Assembly: GCA_019114415.1 (NCBI GenBank)
Contig: DXFO01000022.1
Location: forward strand, 12,470-76,469
DNA: 64,000 nucleotides
Source: Candidatus Gemmiger faecavium
GTDB taxonomy: Bacteria; Bacillota; Clostridia; Oscillospirales; Ruminococcaceae
Direction of reading: 5' to 3'
Below are positions 62,946-64,000 of this stretch, one piece after another. The notes beneath the pieces were generated by a model. It worked only from the letters and a program-made list of their open reading frames with translations, was not told the DNA's origin and searched no databases. Made by a program: the position numbers and the translations under genes. Within the stretch, counting starts at the first letter, position 1. Each line of letters opens with the position of its first letter.

Positions 62946-62971
62946 GCCCCGGCCTTCCGGCCGGGGCTTTT
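62946..62971 (+). terminator. Terminator after bilS
   Basis: gccccggcc-ttcc-ggccggggc-tttt. Confidence 0.85.
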
Positions 62972-63056
62972 CTGTATCAACCAAGGTATTATCTGCTTTC
63001 GCTTTTGCTGCGCCTTCGGTGTTGCCCGACAAACGAGGCAAAATCCCGTCTATCGG

Positions 63057-63085
63057 TAGACAGCACTGTCGTATCATGCTACAAT
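63057..63085 (+). promoter_or_regulatory. Putative sigma-A promoter of the AI-2E gene
   Basis: TAGACA -17 nt- TACAAT with TGn extension. Confidence 0.6.
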
Positions 63086-63167
63086 ATTTCCCAGATTGGC
63101 GGCTTTTTACAGCCTTTTTCCCGGCCGTAAAATTGCTTTCCGCCATTTGTGGAAAGGAACTTCCGTT

Positions 63168-64000
63168 ATGCACAATAAAAAGCCTTTGATTTTTCTGCTT
63201 TGCGCTGCATTGCTGGCGTTGATCGTCAAGTACAGCGATCAAATTTTCCAGGCCGTGCGGATGGCGATGACTCTTCTGATGCCCATTTTCATCGGCTGTG
63301 CCATTGCGTATGTGCTGAACCTGCTCATTGTCCGGCTGGAACAGCTGCCCGCTCTTGCCAAAGAAAGCAGCCCTCTTTACCGTTTTCGCCGTGTGCTGAG
63401 CATCTGCGGCGCGCTCATTATCATTGTGGCCGTTCTGGTCTTGCTGGTTGCCATCATCATTCCCCAGTTGGTGGATGCATTCCGCGTGATGCTGCTGGGC
63501 ATTCCTCCCCTGCTGGATGAATTCTCCAAGTGGATCAGCTCTTTCGGCAATCCCACGCCCCAGATCCAGCAATGGCTGAACAGCCTGGACATCAACTGGC
63601 CGCAATTTCTGGAGAAAGCCGGCAGTTATTTGACCTCCGGCGTCGGCAACATCTTCTCCTCCGCCGTTTCCATCGTAAGCAGCGTGGGCGGCGTGGTCAT
63701 GCAGTTCATCATCGCGTTCATCTTCGCGCTGTATCTGCTTGCAGGCAAGGAGCGGCTGGCCGGGCAGTTCCGGTCTTTGGCCGAGGTATATCTGAAAGAG
63801 AAAACCTATCAGCGCCTGATGTATCTGCTCTCCACTGCCAACGATACCTTTTCCAAGTTCTTTATCGGCCAGTTTACTGAGGCCATCGTCATCGGTGTGC
63901 TGTGCACACTGGGCATGCTTTTGTTCCGTTTCCCTTACGCCACCATGGTGGGCACCCTGGTCGGCGCCACTGCTCTGCTGCCGGTTGTCGGTGCGTATCT
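63168..64000 (+). CDS. AI-2E (PerM) family transporter, runs off the window (absent from ORF track)
   Basis: RBS gaaagga; MHNKKPLIFL...'PIFIGCAIAYVLN', 'IIPQL', 'FIFALYLL..KE', 'FSKFFIGQFTEA', 'ALLPVVG'. Confidence 0.88.
   Translation, partial: MHNKKPLIFLLCAALLALIVKYSDQIFQAVRMAMTLLMPIFIGCAIAYVLNLLIVRLEQLPALAKESSPLYRFRRVLSICGALIIIVAVLVLLVAIIIPQLVDAFRVMLLGIPPLLDEFSKWISSFGNPTPQIQQWLNSLDINWPQFLEKAGSYLTSGVGNIFSSAVSIVSSVGGVVMQFIIAFIFALYLLAGKERLAGQFRSLAEVYLKEKTYQRLMYLLSTANDTFSKFFIGQFTEAIVIGVLCTLGMLLFRFPYATMVGTLVGATALLPVVGAY

Overview
High-GC, mostly core-genome segment of an endospore-forming gut Clostridia chromosome (Oscillospiraceae-like; inferred from spo0A-spoIVB, yabPQ, yunB, groESL with CIRCE and a T-box leader). 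About 60 genes, mostly on the minus strand: two amino-acid ABC systems, alaS with a T-box, groESL, tig-clpP-clpX, thrC, rplS-lepB-rbgA-rnhB-yraN, lysA, ligA, the mazG-hup-yabOPQ-divIC-S1 cluster, a ~14.6 kb run from cdaA/cdaR through recJ, relA, dtd and hemZ, fused ispDF, spo0A and spoIVB, and two tRNA-Leu genes. The main point of interest is the plus-strand islet after tRNA-Leu(TAG): a CatP-like chloramphenicol acetyltransferase followed by a MarR regulator, an HGDR-motif Old Yellow Enzyme and a flavodoxin, matching the bilQRS bilirubin-reductase operon. Its promoter is covered by two near-perfect 19-bp palindromes (TACTTGACT-W-AGTCAAG), a candidate BilQ operator. Also notable: two paralogous DUF6311-type membrane glycosyltransferase genes inserted into housekeeping operons, a 52-aa Cys-rich DUF1540-like ORF missed by the ORF track with a consensus sigma-G promoter, and a Spo0A with a degenerate receiver domain. 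No CRISPR array, transposase, integrase or rRNA was seen. Family assignments come from motif recognition, not database searches. Many starts were moved to RBS-supported codons.
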